DNA of 64,000 nt from Acidobacteriota bacterium (GTDB lineage: Bacteria > Acidobacteriota > Thermoanaerobaculia > Multivoradales > UBA5704), in the NCBI GenBank assembly GCA_040005235.1, contig JBDTZG010000002.1, forward strand, positions 96,001-160,000, given 5' to 3'. Both the position numbers and the translations under genes were made by a program. Positions 1-10,376 of the stretch are shown here, in pieces; position 1 is the first letter of the stretch, and each line of letters starts with the position of its first letter. Below the pieces are notes generated by a model. That model saw only the letters and a list, made by a program, of their open reading frames with translations. It ran no database searches and had not been told where the DNA came from.

Positions 1-2
1 AA

Positions 3-356
3 CAAGTAAGAGCGAAAGGGGAACAAGCAATCCAGAAATACAAGGCGCGGATACGAATTAAGATCGATGATCTCCGGAAGTTTCTTTTCGAGCATGAGGT
101 CAAAGCAGAGATTTCGCAGAACTGGGCCTTGGCGCTGGGACTTAGGGTGCCTTTGGAGTGGGGGATCAGCTGGAGACAATCTAGGCCTGCCGTGTCCCAT
201 TCGGGGGACCAAGCTGTCATTTTTCTTTCGGAGGTGCTGTCTCAGGCATTGGGAGTGTTGCATGCGGAGCAGCACGTTAGGCGGATTTTCGGCCTCGACA
301 CTCACTATGACACCTTCTTGATCAGCTGCGCTGCTCGGCGTGATAGGCGGCAGTGA
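3..356 (+). CDS. Partial hypothetical protein (5' end outside window)
   Basis: Frame is open from position 3 (QVRAKGEQAIQKYKARIRIK...) to TGA at 356; lower GC than downstream; no family recognised. Confidence 0.45.
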   Translation, partial: QVRAKGEQAIQKYKARIRIKIDDLRKFLFEHEVKAEISQNWALALGLRVPLEWGISWRQSRPAVSHSGDQAVIFLSEVLSQALGVLHAEQHVRRIFGLDTHYDTFLISCAARRDRRQ

Positions 357-539
357 GTATGCGTGAGCGGCTGGGGGACGGGAAATAGGTGCTGCGGCAA
401 TAGGTGCCACCCTCTTCTGAGAGGTGGTCCAAGGGTGGCGAACTCGGGTCGGCAAGTCCCTTGCCGGCTATCGGCGCGGCTAGCGGGGTGCATCAAGGCC
501 GCGGGCCTGTGAGGCCTGGGTGGGTGTACCCACTCAGGC

Positions 540-671
540 CTACCCGGCACCCAGGATCGCGGACCGGCCAAGCGGCTGGATGCCGGTCTCCAATCGCCGT
601 TGGGCGGCCTCGGCGACGATCCCTTCGAGAAGATCGGTGATCCGTGCCTTATGCTCCTTCGCCGGGAGGTC
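540..671 (-). pseudogene. Possible transposase C-terminal remnant
   Basis: Translates as DLPAKEHKARITDLLEGIVAEAAQRRLETGIQPLGRSAILGAG*, resembling from memory the helical C-terminal part of Y1/REP-associated-type transposases; no start or catalytic motif. Confidence 0.3.
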
Positions 672-691
672 AACGCTGGAGGTCGATCGAA

Positions 692-952
692 ATGAAGGTT
701 GCCGCCTTGCAGAAATCCGCTGCCGAGACTCCCCACCTCTTCGGAGGCGGAGAGCCGGTTCTCGTCACACGGCAGGGCAAGATCTCAGGGCTTTACGTGC
801 CGCTCGAGGACCCGGATCATTTGCCTTCGAACCTCCGGCGCGATCTGCTGACGGCGGTCGGCAGGTACGTGGCTGAACTCCAGGAGGACATGGGGGTATC
901 GGAAGAGGAGATCCTTGAAGACGTCAGAGCTTTCCGCAGGCGTCGTCGCTGA
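692..952 (+). CDS. Phd/YefM-like antitoxin
   Basis: GGAGG RBS; MKVAALQK...GEPVLVTRQGK motif; overlaps a PIN-toxin remnant. Confidence 0.7.
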   Translation: MKVAALQKSAAETPHLFGGGEPVLVTRQGKISGLYVPLEDPDHLPSNLRRDLLTAVGRYVAELQEDMGVSEEEILEDVRAFRRRRR

Positions 953-1101
953 CGCGAACGTCCTGGAATGATGCCCACCCTCTTGCGCTGGCCCTCTTGC
1001 TCTCGCTGCCGCTCTGGTCAAACGACTCGGATCTGGCAGAGGTCGGAGTGGACTGCTACACGACAGCCCGGCTGCTGAAAGCTCTTTCCTCCTCGCCTTG
1101 A
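915..1101 (+). pseudogene. PIN-domain toxin, internally deleted and frameshifted
   Basis: N-terminal VVADANVLE* (915-971) joined out of frame to C-terminal DAHPLALALLLSLPLWSNDSDL...* (970-1101); PIN core missing. Confidence 0.7.
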
Positions 1102-1201
1102 CTCAGCGGCACGTTCATCACCTGTCCTGGAGTTCGAGACCCTGTCAGACTCTGTCCTGTAGGGTTAGACGACGCAGGTTGGGAGTGGTAGCCTTTTCGC
1201 C

Positions 1202-1411
1202 ATGCGAAACTTCACCGCCGTTGTTGAGAAAGACGCCGACACGGGCCTGTACGTTGGTCACGTGCCCGGCTGGCCCGGCGCTCACTCGCAGGGAGAGACG
1301 ATGGACGAGCTTCGACTGAACCTCGAGGAAGTCATCGCCATGCTCTTGGAGGCCGGTGAGCCCAGGCTTCATTCGGAGTTCGTCGGCACCCAGACCCTCA
1401 AGGTCGCCTGA
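1202..1411 (+). CDS. hicB: HicB-family antitoxin
   Basis: FTAVVEKDADTGLYVGHVPGWPGAHSQGETMDELRLNLEEVI motif. Confidence 0.85.
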   Translation: MRNFTAVVEKDADTGLYVGHVPGWPGAHSQGETMDELRLNLEEVIAMLLEAGEPRLHSEFVGTQTLKVA

Positions 1412-1412
1412 G

Positions 1413-1639
1413 GTGGGCGACTTACCCGTTCTCAAGCCCAGGGAGGTCGTTGCGATTCTGAAGGGTCTTGGGTTTGTAGAGGTCAGGCAGCGCGGTTCGC
1501 AAAAGCAGTTCCAACATTCGGACGGTCGTGTGACCACGGTGCCGTTTCATCAAGGCCGCGGGACATCTCGCCGTCTCTTCTCCGAAAGATCGCTCAAGAC
1601 ATTGGCCTGGATGCCCGCGATTTCATTGCCCGCCGTTGA
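1413..1639 (+). pseudogene. hicA: HicA-family toxin, inactivated
   Basis: LPVLKPREVVAIL...RQRGSQ (conserved GSH His replaced by Gln); frameshift near 1560, with the typical tail DISPSLLRKIAQDIGL...* in another frame. Confidence 0.8.
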
Positions 1640-1685
1640 AAGGAGGTCGCGCCGTGAGGCATTGGAGGCGCGAATCTCTTTCTGC

Positions 1686-1823
1686 TCAGACGTTTGACCC
1701 GAATGGGTCCGGTGGGCGACAGGGAACCGTCCCGCGCTGCTTAGCGTCGAGGATTGGCAGGGTGCTCCGTCCTCCGAGCAAACAACGGATCCAGATGTTG
1801 GTGTCGATGACGATCTTCAGCAC
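1686..1823 (-). pseudogene. Truncated PIN-domain toxin
   Basis: MLKIVIDTNIWIRCLL, then unrelated sequence; stops after 45 aa; overlaps stop of upstream antitoxin. Confidence 0.7.
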
Positions 1824-2083
1824 GGCGTGCGAAGGCGCGCTCGGCGGATCGCGTTGACTTCAGTCTGGATCTCGGCGTCGGAGATGTCGTCGACCGGCGG
1901 CTTATTGGCCAGGTTCAGGATGAGTTTCTCGAGGCGGGCGTCCATCTCGCTTTCCGCCAGCGTCTGGGCGACCCATGAACGCGCCGTCGCATCGAGCCCT
2001 CGGATCACCTCGAGTACCTGCTCCAAGCTGAGATCGGAGCCTGCGGCATGCCTCTCGGTTTCGGCACTCACGGGTTGTGGCAT
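1817..2083 (-). CDS. Putative antitoxin of PIN module
   Basis: 88 aa with GGAGG RBS and ISDAEIQTEVNAIRR tail; coupled to the PIN remnant. Confidence 0.65.
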   Translation of the reverse strand: MPQPVSAETERHAAGSDLSLEQVLEVIRGLDATARSWVAQTLAESEMDARLEKLILNLANKPPVDDISDAEIQTEVNAIRRARLRTPC

Positions 2084-2122
2084 GGCGACCCTCCTTCAGG
2101 GATCGACGATAGCATTCCGAGG

Positions 2123-2324
2123 TCACAGCTCGGTGGTCTCGCCGACGCGCAAGGCGGAGAGCGCCTTTTCAGCCAGGGAGTCTAGTCAGCCGGCAGCAAC
2201 ATCGCCTTCGAACTGGACATCCCAAGCTACCGCGTCGATGGGCTGCGAACCGAGACCGAAATGCCGCCAGCTCTTCCGGCGAGAGCGTCTCGGTTCCCCG
2301 CTCCAAAGCTTGAACTCGGCTCAT
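2123..2324 (-). pseudogene. Small antitoxin-like gene, decayed
   Basis: MSRVQALER...LSPEELAAFR, a frameshift, then AWDVQFEGDVAAG*LDSLAEKAL...TTEL with an in-frame stop. Confidence 0.55.
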
Positions 2325-2327
2325 GGC

Positions 2328-2540
2328 TCACGCGGCCACTTCGATCAGCTCGATGGACGAAGCGGGAGCTGGAATCGGCAGCCCGTCTTCGCGCAGACCT
2401 TCTAAGTGAAATTCGATGGCCTCCTGGATCAATCGCATGACTTCGGTTCGCTTTTCTCCGACGGCGATACAGCCCGGCAGGTCTGGAACGTACGCCCCGT
2501 AACTGGCCGGTCCTTTCTCGATGACGACTGCGTATTGCAA
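2328..2540 (-). CDS. hicB: HicB-family antitoxin
   Basis: TTG start after GGAGG; YAVVIEKGPASYGAYVPDLPGCIAVG...AIEFHLEGL. Confidence 0.85.
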   Translation of the reverse strand: MQYAVVIEKGPASYGAYVPDLPGCIAVGEKRTEVMRLIQEAIEFHLEGLREDGLPIPAPASSIELIEVAA

Positions 2541-2595
2541 TTCAGCACCTCCTACTTCAATCCGGCCTGCGCCGCCTGGAAAGAGCGTCGAAGAC

Positions 2596-2865
2596 ATGAG
2601 CGGCATTGAGGCCAAGAGCAGGACCAGCATCTCAGACGCGACCACGGTCGCCGAAGTCGGCGATTTCTGGGACACGCACAGCCTCGCCGACCACTGGAAC
2701 GAGACCCGTGAAGTGAACTTGGAAATGCGGGCTGAACGTCGGCGGCGGGTGACCCTTGCGCCCGACATCTACTCGCAGGTCGAGACGCAAGCTCAGCGGC
2801 AAGGCATCCTACCCGAGACGCTGGTGAACCTCTGGCTCCTCGAACGCCTCCGGCAGGCATCTTAA
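2596..2865 (+). CDS. CopG/BrnA-type antitoxin
   Basis: DFWDTHSLADHW motif and C-terminal RHH-like GILPETLVNLWLLERL. Confidence 0.75.
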   Translation: MSGIEAKSRTSISDATTVAEVGDFWDTHSLADHWNETREVNLEMRAERRRRVTLAPDIYSQVETQAQRQGILPETLVNLWLLERLRQAS

Positions 2866-2899
2866 GGCAGGCGCCCGCGGGAGTTCTTTGGCGATGCAG

Positions 2900-2980
2900 G
2901 CACATCGCTCCATGATGACCAGGTTGTGGCTCCAGGTGATTTCTCGCACCAGCGGTGCGAGTTTTGCGGAGTTGGCATCG
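2900..2980 (-). pseudogene. DUF1016/YhcG-like nuclease fragment
   Basis: Short stretch KLAPLVREITWSHNLVIMERC resembles the DUF1016 N-terminal domain; no start or stop context. Confidence 0.5.
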
Positions 2981-3041
2981 TCTACTCCTTTTGGGTAGAA
3001 CCTCTCCGCTCCGAAGGCTGATCGTTGCGGCCTCGGATTCG

Positions 3042-3745
<704 letters not shown>

Positions 3746-3825
3746 TACGCCCTCCTTTCGAGAACGTGCGGCCCGGAATGGGCTCGCACGAGTGAAACCG
3801 AGATTCCTACGCCGCGAACCCGTTT

Positions 3826-4086
3826 CCCCGTACAGGGATGACGATTCCTCCAGAGAGGATCGCTTTGCCCTACGCCGGGAACCGTTTCCCGGCGGCGAGA
3901 TAACGGTGCCCCTTGCGGGGATTGGCTTGCCCTGCTCGGGGTAATGGATTCCCCATACAGGGAAAGCATTTCCCTCTACGGGGCAGACGGTCCCGCTTGA
4001 GGTTAGCCGTTGCCCTCTGCGGGGAAACGCTTGCCCTGACCCAGGTGAACGTCTCCTCAGATAGGTCGACGTTTCCCTATTCAGGG
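3826..4086. repeat. Array of 13 CC(C/T)-N6-GGG-type mini-palindromes with 20-21 bp period
   Basis: Units start at 3826, 3847, 3868, 3888, 3909, 3930, 3951, 3972, 3992, 4013, 4034, 4055 and 4075; several have a degenerate right half. Confidence 0.8.
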
Positions 4087-4457
4087 CGAAGTTTCGCCGA
4101 CTTCTTTGGTGGCCTATTGTCATATCAATCTCGTATATGGCGTTCGTTCTTTCCCTCAAGCCATCTTTCGTGGCTCCGAACTCTGATTTCAAGTCTGAAT
4201 CAAGAATGCCTGTCAAGTCAATAGGGCGCGGCGGCAACGTCCCGATCTCCGTGCGGAAGAAGGTGAGTTAGGGAGACCTCCCCGAACGTCCGCGTTGCTG
4301 AGCGGTTTCGGGGGATGGAAATAAGCGTGGGCAACGGGCCGCGCAAATTCAGGGCGCGTTAATATGCGCGCTCCAGAATAACTGCGGACTTGCGTTCGCT
4401 GATCTCCTCGTCGCTGATCAGAATGGCCTGGGAAGGCACAAGGGATAGAATGGCATC

Positions 4458-4679
4458 ATGGCCACGACCCCTACGGAGCTGATCGCCGAGAGGTTCAGAA
4501 CCGCCCTCGAGCTTTTTGAGCTTGGGGAGGCAATGCTTCGGCAGAAGCTCCGACGGAAGCACCCTCTGGCCGGCGAGGCCGAAATTGAGGCCCACGTCCA
4601 GGAGTGGCTCGAGCGACGGCCCGGAGCCGAGCACGGCGACGGCGTCGGCCGCCCGGTCGCGTGGCCTCGCCCTTCATGA
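4458..4679 (+). CDS. MenA1-like antitoxin
   Basis: RTALELFELGEAM...EIEAHVQEWLERRPGAEHGD resembles recalled M. tuberculosis Rv0078B; ATGA overlap with the toxin gene. Confidence 0.75.
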   Translation: MATTPTELIAERFRTALELFELGEAMLRQKLRRKHPLAGEAEIEAHVQEWLERRPGAEHGDGVGRPVAWPRPS

Positions 4680-5263
4680 ACCCTTTGGCCGAAACTCTCG
4701 GCCGTATCGCCGCCGATCTCCGGAAGCTCGGGAGATCCTGGTCTCTCATCGGCGGCTTAGCCGTCAGTGCGCGGGCTGAGCCCCGAACGACACGAGATGT
4801 CGATCTCGCGGTCGCTGTGACCGAGGACAAGGAGGCTGAGGCGATCGTCTTCCGTCTCCAGACTCTCGGCTATGAAGTTCTCGTGGTCTTGGAGCAGGAG
4901 TCTACAAAGCGGCTGGCGACGGTGCGCCTCAGGCCCCCCAACGAACGGGAGGGCGGCGTCATCGTCGATCTTCTTTTTGCGTCTTCTGGCATTGAGCCTG
5001 AGATCACCCAAGCGGCGGAGGATCTGGAAATCATCCCTGGCCTTCGGGTACCGGTTGCGCGCATCGGCCACCTGATGGCCCTGAAGATCCTGGCGCGCGA
5101 CGATCGCCTGCGTCCGCAGGATCTCGACGATCTAAGAGCCCTGTTGCTGGAGGCCGAGCCGCAGGATCTCGAAGAGGCCCGGAGCGCTCTTCGGCTCATC
5201 GAGGAACGCGGCTACCAGCGGGGCAAGCAACTTCTGGCGGATTTCGATCAGCTCGTCGGTTGA
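4676..5263 (+). CDS. MenT1-like nucleotidyltransferase toxin
   Basis: IGGLAVSARAEPRTTRDVD, VDLLFASSGIEPEI, KILARDD.LRPQD motifs resemble recalled Rv0078A. Confidence 0.8.
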   Translation: MNPLAETLGRIAADLRKLGRSWSLIGGLAVSARAEPRTTRDVDLAVAVTEDKEAEAIVFRLQTLGYEVLVVLEQESTKRLATVRLRPPNEREGGVIVDLLFASSGIEPEITQAAEDLEIIPGLRVPVARIGHLMALKILARDDRLRPQDLDDLRALLLEAEPQDLEEARSALRLIEERGYQRGKQLLADFDQLVG

Positions 5264-5317
5264 GCCCAGGAATCGCCCCGTATCACGAGGAAGAACCAGC
5301 TCACCCACGCCTGCGAG

Positions 5318-5431
5318 CCCCGGCGCGGTGAGTTCTTCTCCGGGCCGCACGAGGCGCATCTCTTGGCCCGGAGACCCTGGTGAATCTCTGGCTCCTCGAA
5401 CGCCTCCGGCAGGCATCTTAAGGCAGGCGCC
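5318..5431. repeat. Composite of duplicated gene fragments
   Basis: 5318-5366 matches Uma2 gene segment 8240-8287; 5371-5431 matches 2815-2875 (end of CopG-type antitoxin gene and flank). Confidence 0.85.
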
Positions 5432-5456
5432 GCGGCAAATCTTTCGCAGTGAGAAC

Positions 5457-6192
<736 letters not shown>

Positions 6193-6290
6193 GCGTTCTC
6201 GGCGGAACGGATCCTCCCAGCGCAGGATCATGTGGCTGCCATGGCGAGGCGGAGCCAGGGTGGCCCCGCCTCTTGGTTGGCCTCGGCGGA

Positions 6291-7676
6291 TCAGTGGACG
6301 AAGGTGACCGCCGGTTCGGCATCGATCTGGGTGCAGCTCTTCGCGAGCAGCTGGCACAGGTCGACCCGGCGCCGCTCGATGTCGCCGAACGTGTGCTTGA
6401 GGCCGCAGATGTCGGTGAGCGGCCCGGTGCCGGTCAAGAACGCCGAGAGGGCTGAGACCTGGTTCGGCTGGCGCGGCTCGACGTGCTTGAAGATCGTGCC
6501 GGTTTCGCCGCCGTGGCAGCCGTTGCAGGTATCGCGCGAGACGATGTGCCGCGCCTCGGGCGTGTTGATCGCGCCGCAGTTGGGTGGCTGCGGGCCGTCC
6601 CAGTTGAAGTCCAACGAGTGCCGTGAGGCGCCGCCCCGGAAGGGCGTGTTCTGGAAGGTGAGTGGCACGACGTGCTGTCCGGCGAGGATTGCCGGCGTCT
6701 CCTGGTTGATGAAGTTGGCCAGGAGCTGGCTGTGCTGATGGCTGTTCGCCGGGGTCTGCGCGACGGTCAGCTCGGTGAGCGGCGCCGGGTTCGTAGTGTC
6801 CGCGCTGGCCACCAGCTTGAACTCGCGCAGCTCCCAGGGCGATGTCAGGGCGATTTCGTTGGTCCGCGCCTGATTGAGCGCGCTGCCGTTGGGCTTGGCC
6901 GGCGAGGCGCCGAGACGAGAGAACTGGTCGGTGATCTGCTGCAGCGCCGCGTTGTAGGTCGGCCCGAACGGGATCGAACCGAGCCCATGCCAGGAGCTCG
7001 CCCAAGCTTGGACGTCGGTGCAAGCCCGCGCGTCAAGGCCGTACTCGAGGATCGCCAAGAATTGGGTCGTGTTGCCCAGCGAGTCGAGCAGGTTGAACAC
7101 GAACCGGCCTTCTCCCGCGGTCGTGCCGCCGCCGGAATAGCCCGAATTCTGGCGCAGGTCGAGGCGGGCGACGATCGCCAGAAGGCGGAACGGCGCTTTC
7201 TTCATGTCGAGGGTGACACCGCCCGAGGCGGTCAGCCAGGGCTGGATGACGGTGGTCTGGATGTTCGGCCGCTGAGGTACCGGGTCGCTGTTGATCGTCA
7301 GGTCGACCGTCCAATGCTTGAGCCAGGCGAGCGTGAAGTCCGACAGCTTTACCGGATCGGTGGTTCCAGCCAATCCTTCCATCAGTTTGCCGAACGTCCA
7401 GGCGCCTCGGGTCGCCGGTGGTGCCGGCTTGGCGCAGAGCCCGGTCCAGGTCGTCCGGTAGCAGTCGTTGACCACGGAGAGATCGCGAATGAACAGCTCG
7501 CGATTGGGGTCGACCGTACAACCGGGCGTGGTCGGCAGAAACGTGGTGTCGCGGCTGGAGCGCGGGCTGATGGGAGCCGGCTGGGCTGTGGCGGATTCCG
7601 CAGGGGGAGTTGAAACGGCGAACAGGGCGAGGGCGGCCAGGGTCAGGAGCATCCAACGATGTGGTGCGACACTCAT
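6291..7676 (-). CDS. Secreted protein with one CXXCH heme-binding motif
   Basis: Signal peptide; TCNGCHG near C-terminus; several additional Cys. Confidence 0.75.
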   Translation of the reverse strand: MSVAPHRWMLLTLAALALFAVSTPPAESATAQPAPISPRSSRDTTFLPTTPGCTVDPNRELFIRDLSVVNDCYRTTWTGLCAKPAPPATRGAWTFGKLMEGLAGTTDPVKLSDFTLAWLKHWTVDLTINSDPVPQRPNIQTTVIQPWLTASGGVTLDMKKAPFRLLAIVARLDLRQNSGYSGGGTTAGEGRFVFNLLDSLGNTTQFLAILEYGLDARACTDVQAWASSWHGLGSIPFGPTYNAALQQITDQFSRLGASPAKPNGSALNQARTNEIALTSPWELREFKLVASADTTNPAPLTELTVAQTPANSHQHSQLLANFINQETPAILAGQHVVPLTFQNTPFRGGASRHSLDFNWDGPQPPNCGAINTPEARHIVSRDTCNGCHGGETGTIFKHVEPRQPNQVSALSAFLTGTGPLTDICGLKHTFGDIERRRVDLCQLLAKSCTQIDAEPAVTFVH

Positions 7677-7906
7677 CGGCGAGATCCTCTCTTAGACGGA
7701 AAGGCGGAGACTTATCCGCAGATCCTACTTGAGAGCAGTGCCGCTCACGACATGATGTGAGACAAGGCATTCGCAAGTGTCGATGAATACGCGGGCTGTG
7801 AGCTAATGGCGGGGTCTTGCTACCTTACGATCGACGTCGCTGCGGCCAACCCGGCGAGAGTTTCACGGTGTCAGGTAAGGCGGCGGGCGGTGTTTCGCTT
7901 CATCGT

Positions 7907-8713
7907 TTATTCCTCTTGGCGGCCAGCGAGGAAGCCTTCGTCCGCCGTCGTCGCCGTCGCCGCTCGTGCGAGGTGGCGTCGCAAGACGACTGGATCGCCG
8001 ATCGCTTCGAGGGCGGTGCGGGCCGCGTCGTCGACCGGCAGTCCGCGAGCCGCAAGGACGGCGAGGATGGATTCGCGCAAGGCATGCTGTTCCCCTTCCT
8101 GCCTTCCTTCGTTCCGCCCTTCGCCGCGGACCTCGTCGAGATCCCGATAGCCCTGGCGATGGAGCAGATTGCGAAGGGTGACGGCGTGCGCGGCCTCGCG
8201 GTCGTAGAGAGCGTTCACGGGCACGGGGTTTTGCAGGATCCCCGGCGCGGTCAGCTCCTCGCCGGGACGCACCAGGCGCATCTCTTGTCCGCGCTCATGG
8301 ACCTCGACCCGGCGTGGCCCGGATAGACGGACGACCCAGACCCACCTAGAGCCTGCGGCCAGAAGCTCGGAGATCTTAAGCGCGAGCTCCTTCTCATCTT
8401 GCCCCGTATCGGCGTATTCCACCGCGAGCGGTGGCGATCCCTCGACCCACCCGGGCGCGTTGGGGACGTTGCCGACCGCGACGTCCGGGGCGCGAAGCGT
8501 ATCGATGGAGGGGGAGTACCCGGTATCGATACCCGCCTCTTCCACCGCCGGATCGCTGTCGAGCACCGAGCCCCCCAGAAGATTGGCGCGCGAGCCGCGC
8601 CCGCCCGTGGTCATGCACTGGATGGCATGGCCGTTGGACAGCTCATAGGGATCGCCCGAGCGAATCTGGTCGGCGCGGAACGGCCCTTTGGCGGTGGGTA
8701 GGGTTCGGGGCAC
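7907..8713 (-). CDS. Uma2-family (PD-(D/E)XK) endonuclease-like protein
   Basis: YELSNG, LRAPDVAV, PPLAVEY, LLAAGSRWVWVV; C-terminal EGRNEGRQEG tail. Confidence 0.8.
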   Translation of the reverse strand: MPRTLPTAKGPFRADQIRSGDPYELSNGHAIQCMTTGGRGSRANLLGGSVLDSDPAVEEAGIDTGYSPSIDTLRAPDVAVGNVPNAPGWVEGSPPLAVEYADTGQDEKELALKISELLAAGSRWVWVVRLSGPRRVEVHERGQEMRLVRPGEELTAPGILQNPVPVNALYDREAAHAVTLRNLLHRQGYRDLDEVRGEGRNEGRQEGEQHALRESILAVLAARGLPVDDAARTALEAIGDPVVLRRHLARAATATTADEGFLAGRQEE

Positions 8714-8789
8714 GGGATGAGTTTAGCAAGGAACCCGGCGATGAGGGTGCCCCAAGCCGTCGAAGCGAGCCAAATTGCGCCGCGCCTGG

Positions 8790-9099
8790 GGCCGGCGCGC
8801 CGGGCGGGGGAGCCGGCCGTCGCGGATCAGCTTCGAAAACGTGCGGGCGACCTCCAGAATCGTGGCGCAGCGCGCATCCGGTGCTGCCGCGAAAGAAAAT
8901 CGAGATCGCGCTTGGCCGCCTCGCCGGAGATCTCCTCGGCGAGTGCGGCCACCGTCGCCCGCGGTAACAAAGGCGCCTCGTCGCCGGATTTGGCGGCAGC
9001 CGGCGCGGCGAGGCTCTGTATCGCGAGGCCGAGAAGGATCGCAAAGTCGAGTGTCGAGAGCGGCGAGGCATGCGGGGCGGAACGGAACGGCTTGGGCAT
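8790..9099 (-). pseudogene. M28/DUF4910-type peptidase remnant
   Basis: N-terminal ALAEEISGEAAKRDLDFLSRQHRMR joined out of frame to internal ATILEVARTFSKLIRDGRLP. Confidence 0.55.
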
Positions 9100-9178
9100 C
9101 GAAGTTTCCTCCGAGAAACAGGCCCTACTCTGCGTATGAGACTGCCCTACCTCACCTTCGGTCTGCGGCAGTTAAACT

Positions 9179-9667
9179 TCAGCTGGTCTCGCCGGCCAGA
9201 GTGAGAACGGAGTTTCGAGTGGCAGTGGATACCCGAAAACGTAGTTCCTGGAGCTGATCCAAGAAGGGTCGAATCGTTGGGATCAGGCCCGCCTTCTTCC
9301 CATCGACCAAGACGCCGAGAGTGCCCGTGAAGGGAATCTTCAAAGTCTCCGCGATGCGTCTCGCCAAGGCGTCATCCAGAATCAGCACTGCGCCCGGCGA
9401 TTCCAAGCCGAGCATTAGAACTTCCGTCTCGCCAGGTCCGAGATCTTGAACCAGGGGCAGGGCGGGCCGGCTGACCGGAGAGCGCACCGAAAGCCAGTGC
9501 AGTTCATCGAAATTAGGCAGATCGATCCCGAGTTCTTTTCCTGCAATAAGCTCGTTCTCGACGGCTGGCGGAATCACGATGGGCCTCCCGAACGCGGGAA
9601 GCAGGTGGAGGAGTCCGAGCTGATGGAGGTACTGAATAGGAGAGGTATCGCAGACGATTTCAGGCAA
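9179..9667 (-). CDS. DUF3368-type PIN-domain protein
   Basis: IVCDTSPI, LGPGETE, LILDD.LARR, GTLGVL. Confidence 0.85.
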   Translation of the reverse strand: MPEIVCDTSPIQYLHQLGLLHLLPAFGRPIVIPPAVENELIAGKELGIDLPNFDELHWLSVRSPVSRPALPLVQDLGPGETEVLMLGLESPGAVLILDDALARRIAETLKIPFTGTLGVLVDGKKAGLIPTIRPFLDQLQELRFRVSTATRNSVLTLAGETS

Positions 9668-9911
9668 GCCGCGTTTCCTTGCGCAGGTCGTCGTCGGTCA
9701 GGCGGAAGGTGTCCACGCCATAATCGGCCAGTCGGGAGAGGAAGAGTACCCGCGGCATACCGGCGATTTGCGCGGCAGCTCCGGAGGAGAGCCTTCCGAG
9801 CTCAAAGAGCTTGGTGGCTGCCGCCATGCGCAACGCCGGTCCCGCCTCTGTCTGGGGCACCTTTAGGGCCAACAGGGCTTCATCCGGAATTTCCAAGGTG
9901 ATCTGGCTCAT
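9660..9911 (-). CDS. UPF0175-family antitoxin
   Basis: AAATKLFELGRLSSGAAAQIAGMPRVLFL. Confidence 0.85.
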   Translation of the reverse strand: MSQITLEIPDEALLALKVPQTEAGPALRMAAATKLFELGRLSSGAAAQIAGMPRVLFLSRLADYGVDTFRLTDDDLRKETRLA

Positions 9912-10097
9912 CCTAAGCTCCTCTTCCGTGAGCCTATTGTAGTTTGTCGCTCAAGTGTCGGCAGACCTGCCCTCTTCGGATCGAGCCTTCGAAGTTGTCG
10001 GTGTCGAAGAAAAGCTCTAGCTCTGTTCTAGATAGGTGGCGAACCTTCATCAAGCTCGCGCGGGCCGAGATGGAAATCGTCTTACATCCAGAGTAAG

Positions 10098-10376
10098 ATG
10101 GCGCTCATGAAGTCCGCCACCCGTTTGACCAGCAAAGGTCAGGTCGTCATTCCCAAACCTGTGCGGGAGCAACTTCGTTGGGCGTCCGGAACTCAGCTTG
10201 CCGTCGAGATCGTGGAGGGTGGTGCCGTGCGCTTGATGTTGCTTGAAGCCGAGGATTCCATCGACACCCTCTATGGCTGCTTGAAGGATCTCTCGCGGGA
10301 TCCCCTCGCGGACCTCGAAGCTGAGCACCGAGCCGAAATCGAAGCCGATGAGCAGCGGCAACGTCGCCGTCGTTGA
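10098..10376 (+). CDS. AbrB/MazE-family antitoxin
   Basis: TRLTSKGQVVIPKPVREQL. Confidence 0.85.
   Translation: MALMKSATRLTSKGQVVIPKPVREQLRWASGTQLAVEIVEGGAVRLMLLEAEDSIDTLYGCLKDLSRDPLADLEAEHRAEIEADEQRQRRRR

Noticed and set aside
3746-4237. N-terminal extension of the 302-aa ORF
   Set aside because: It runs through the periodic array with low-complexity translation; a strong RBS supports the ATG at 3745.
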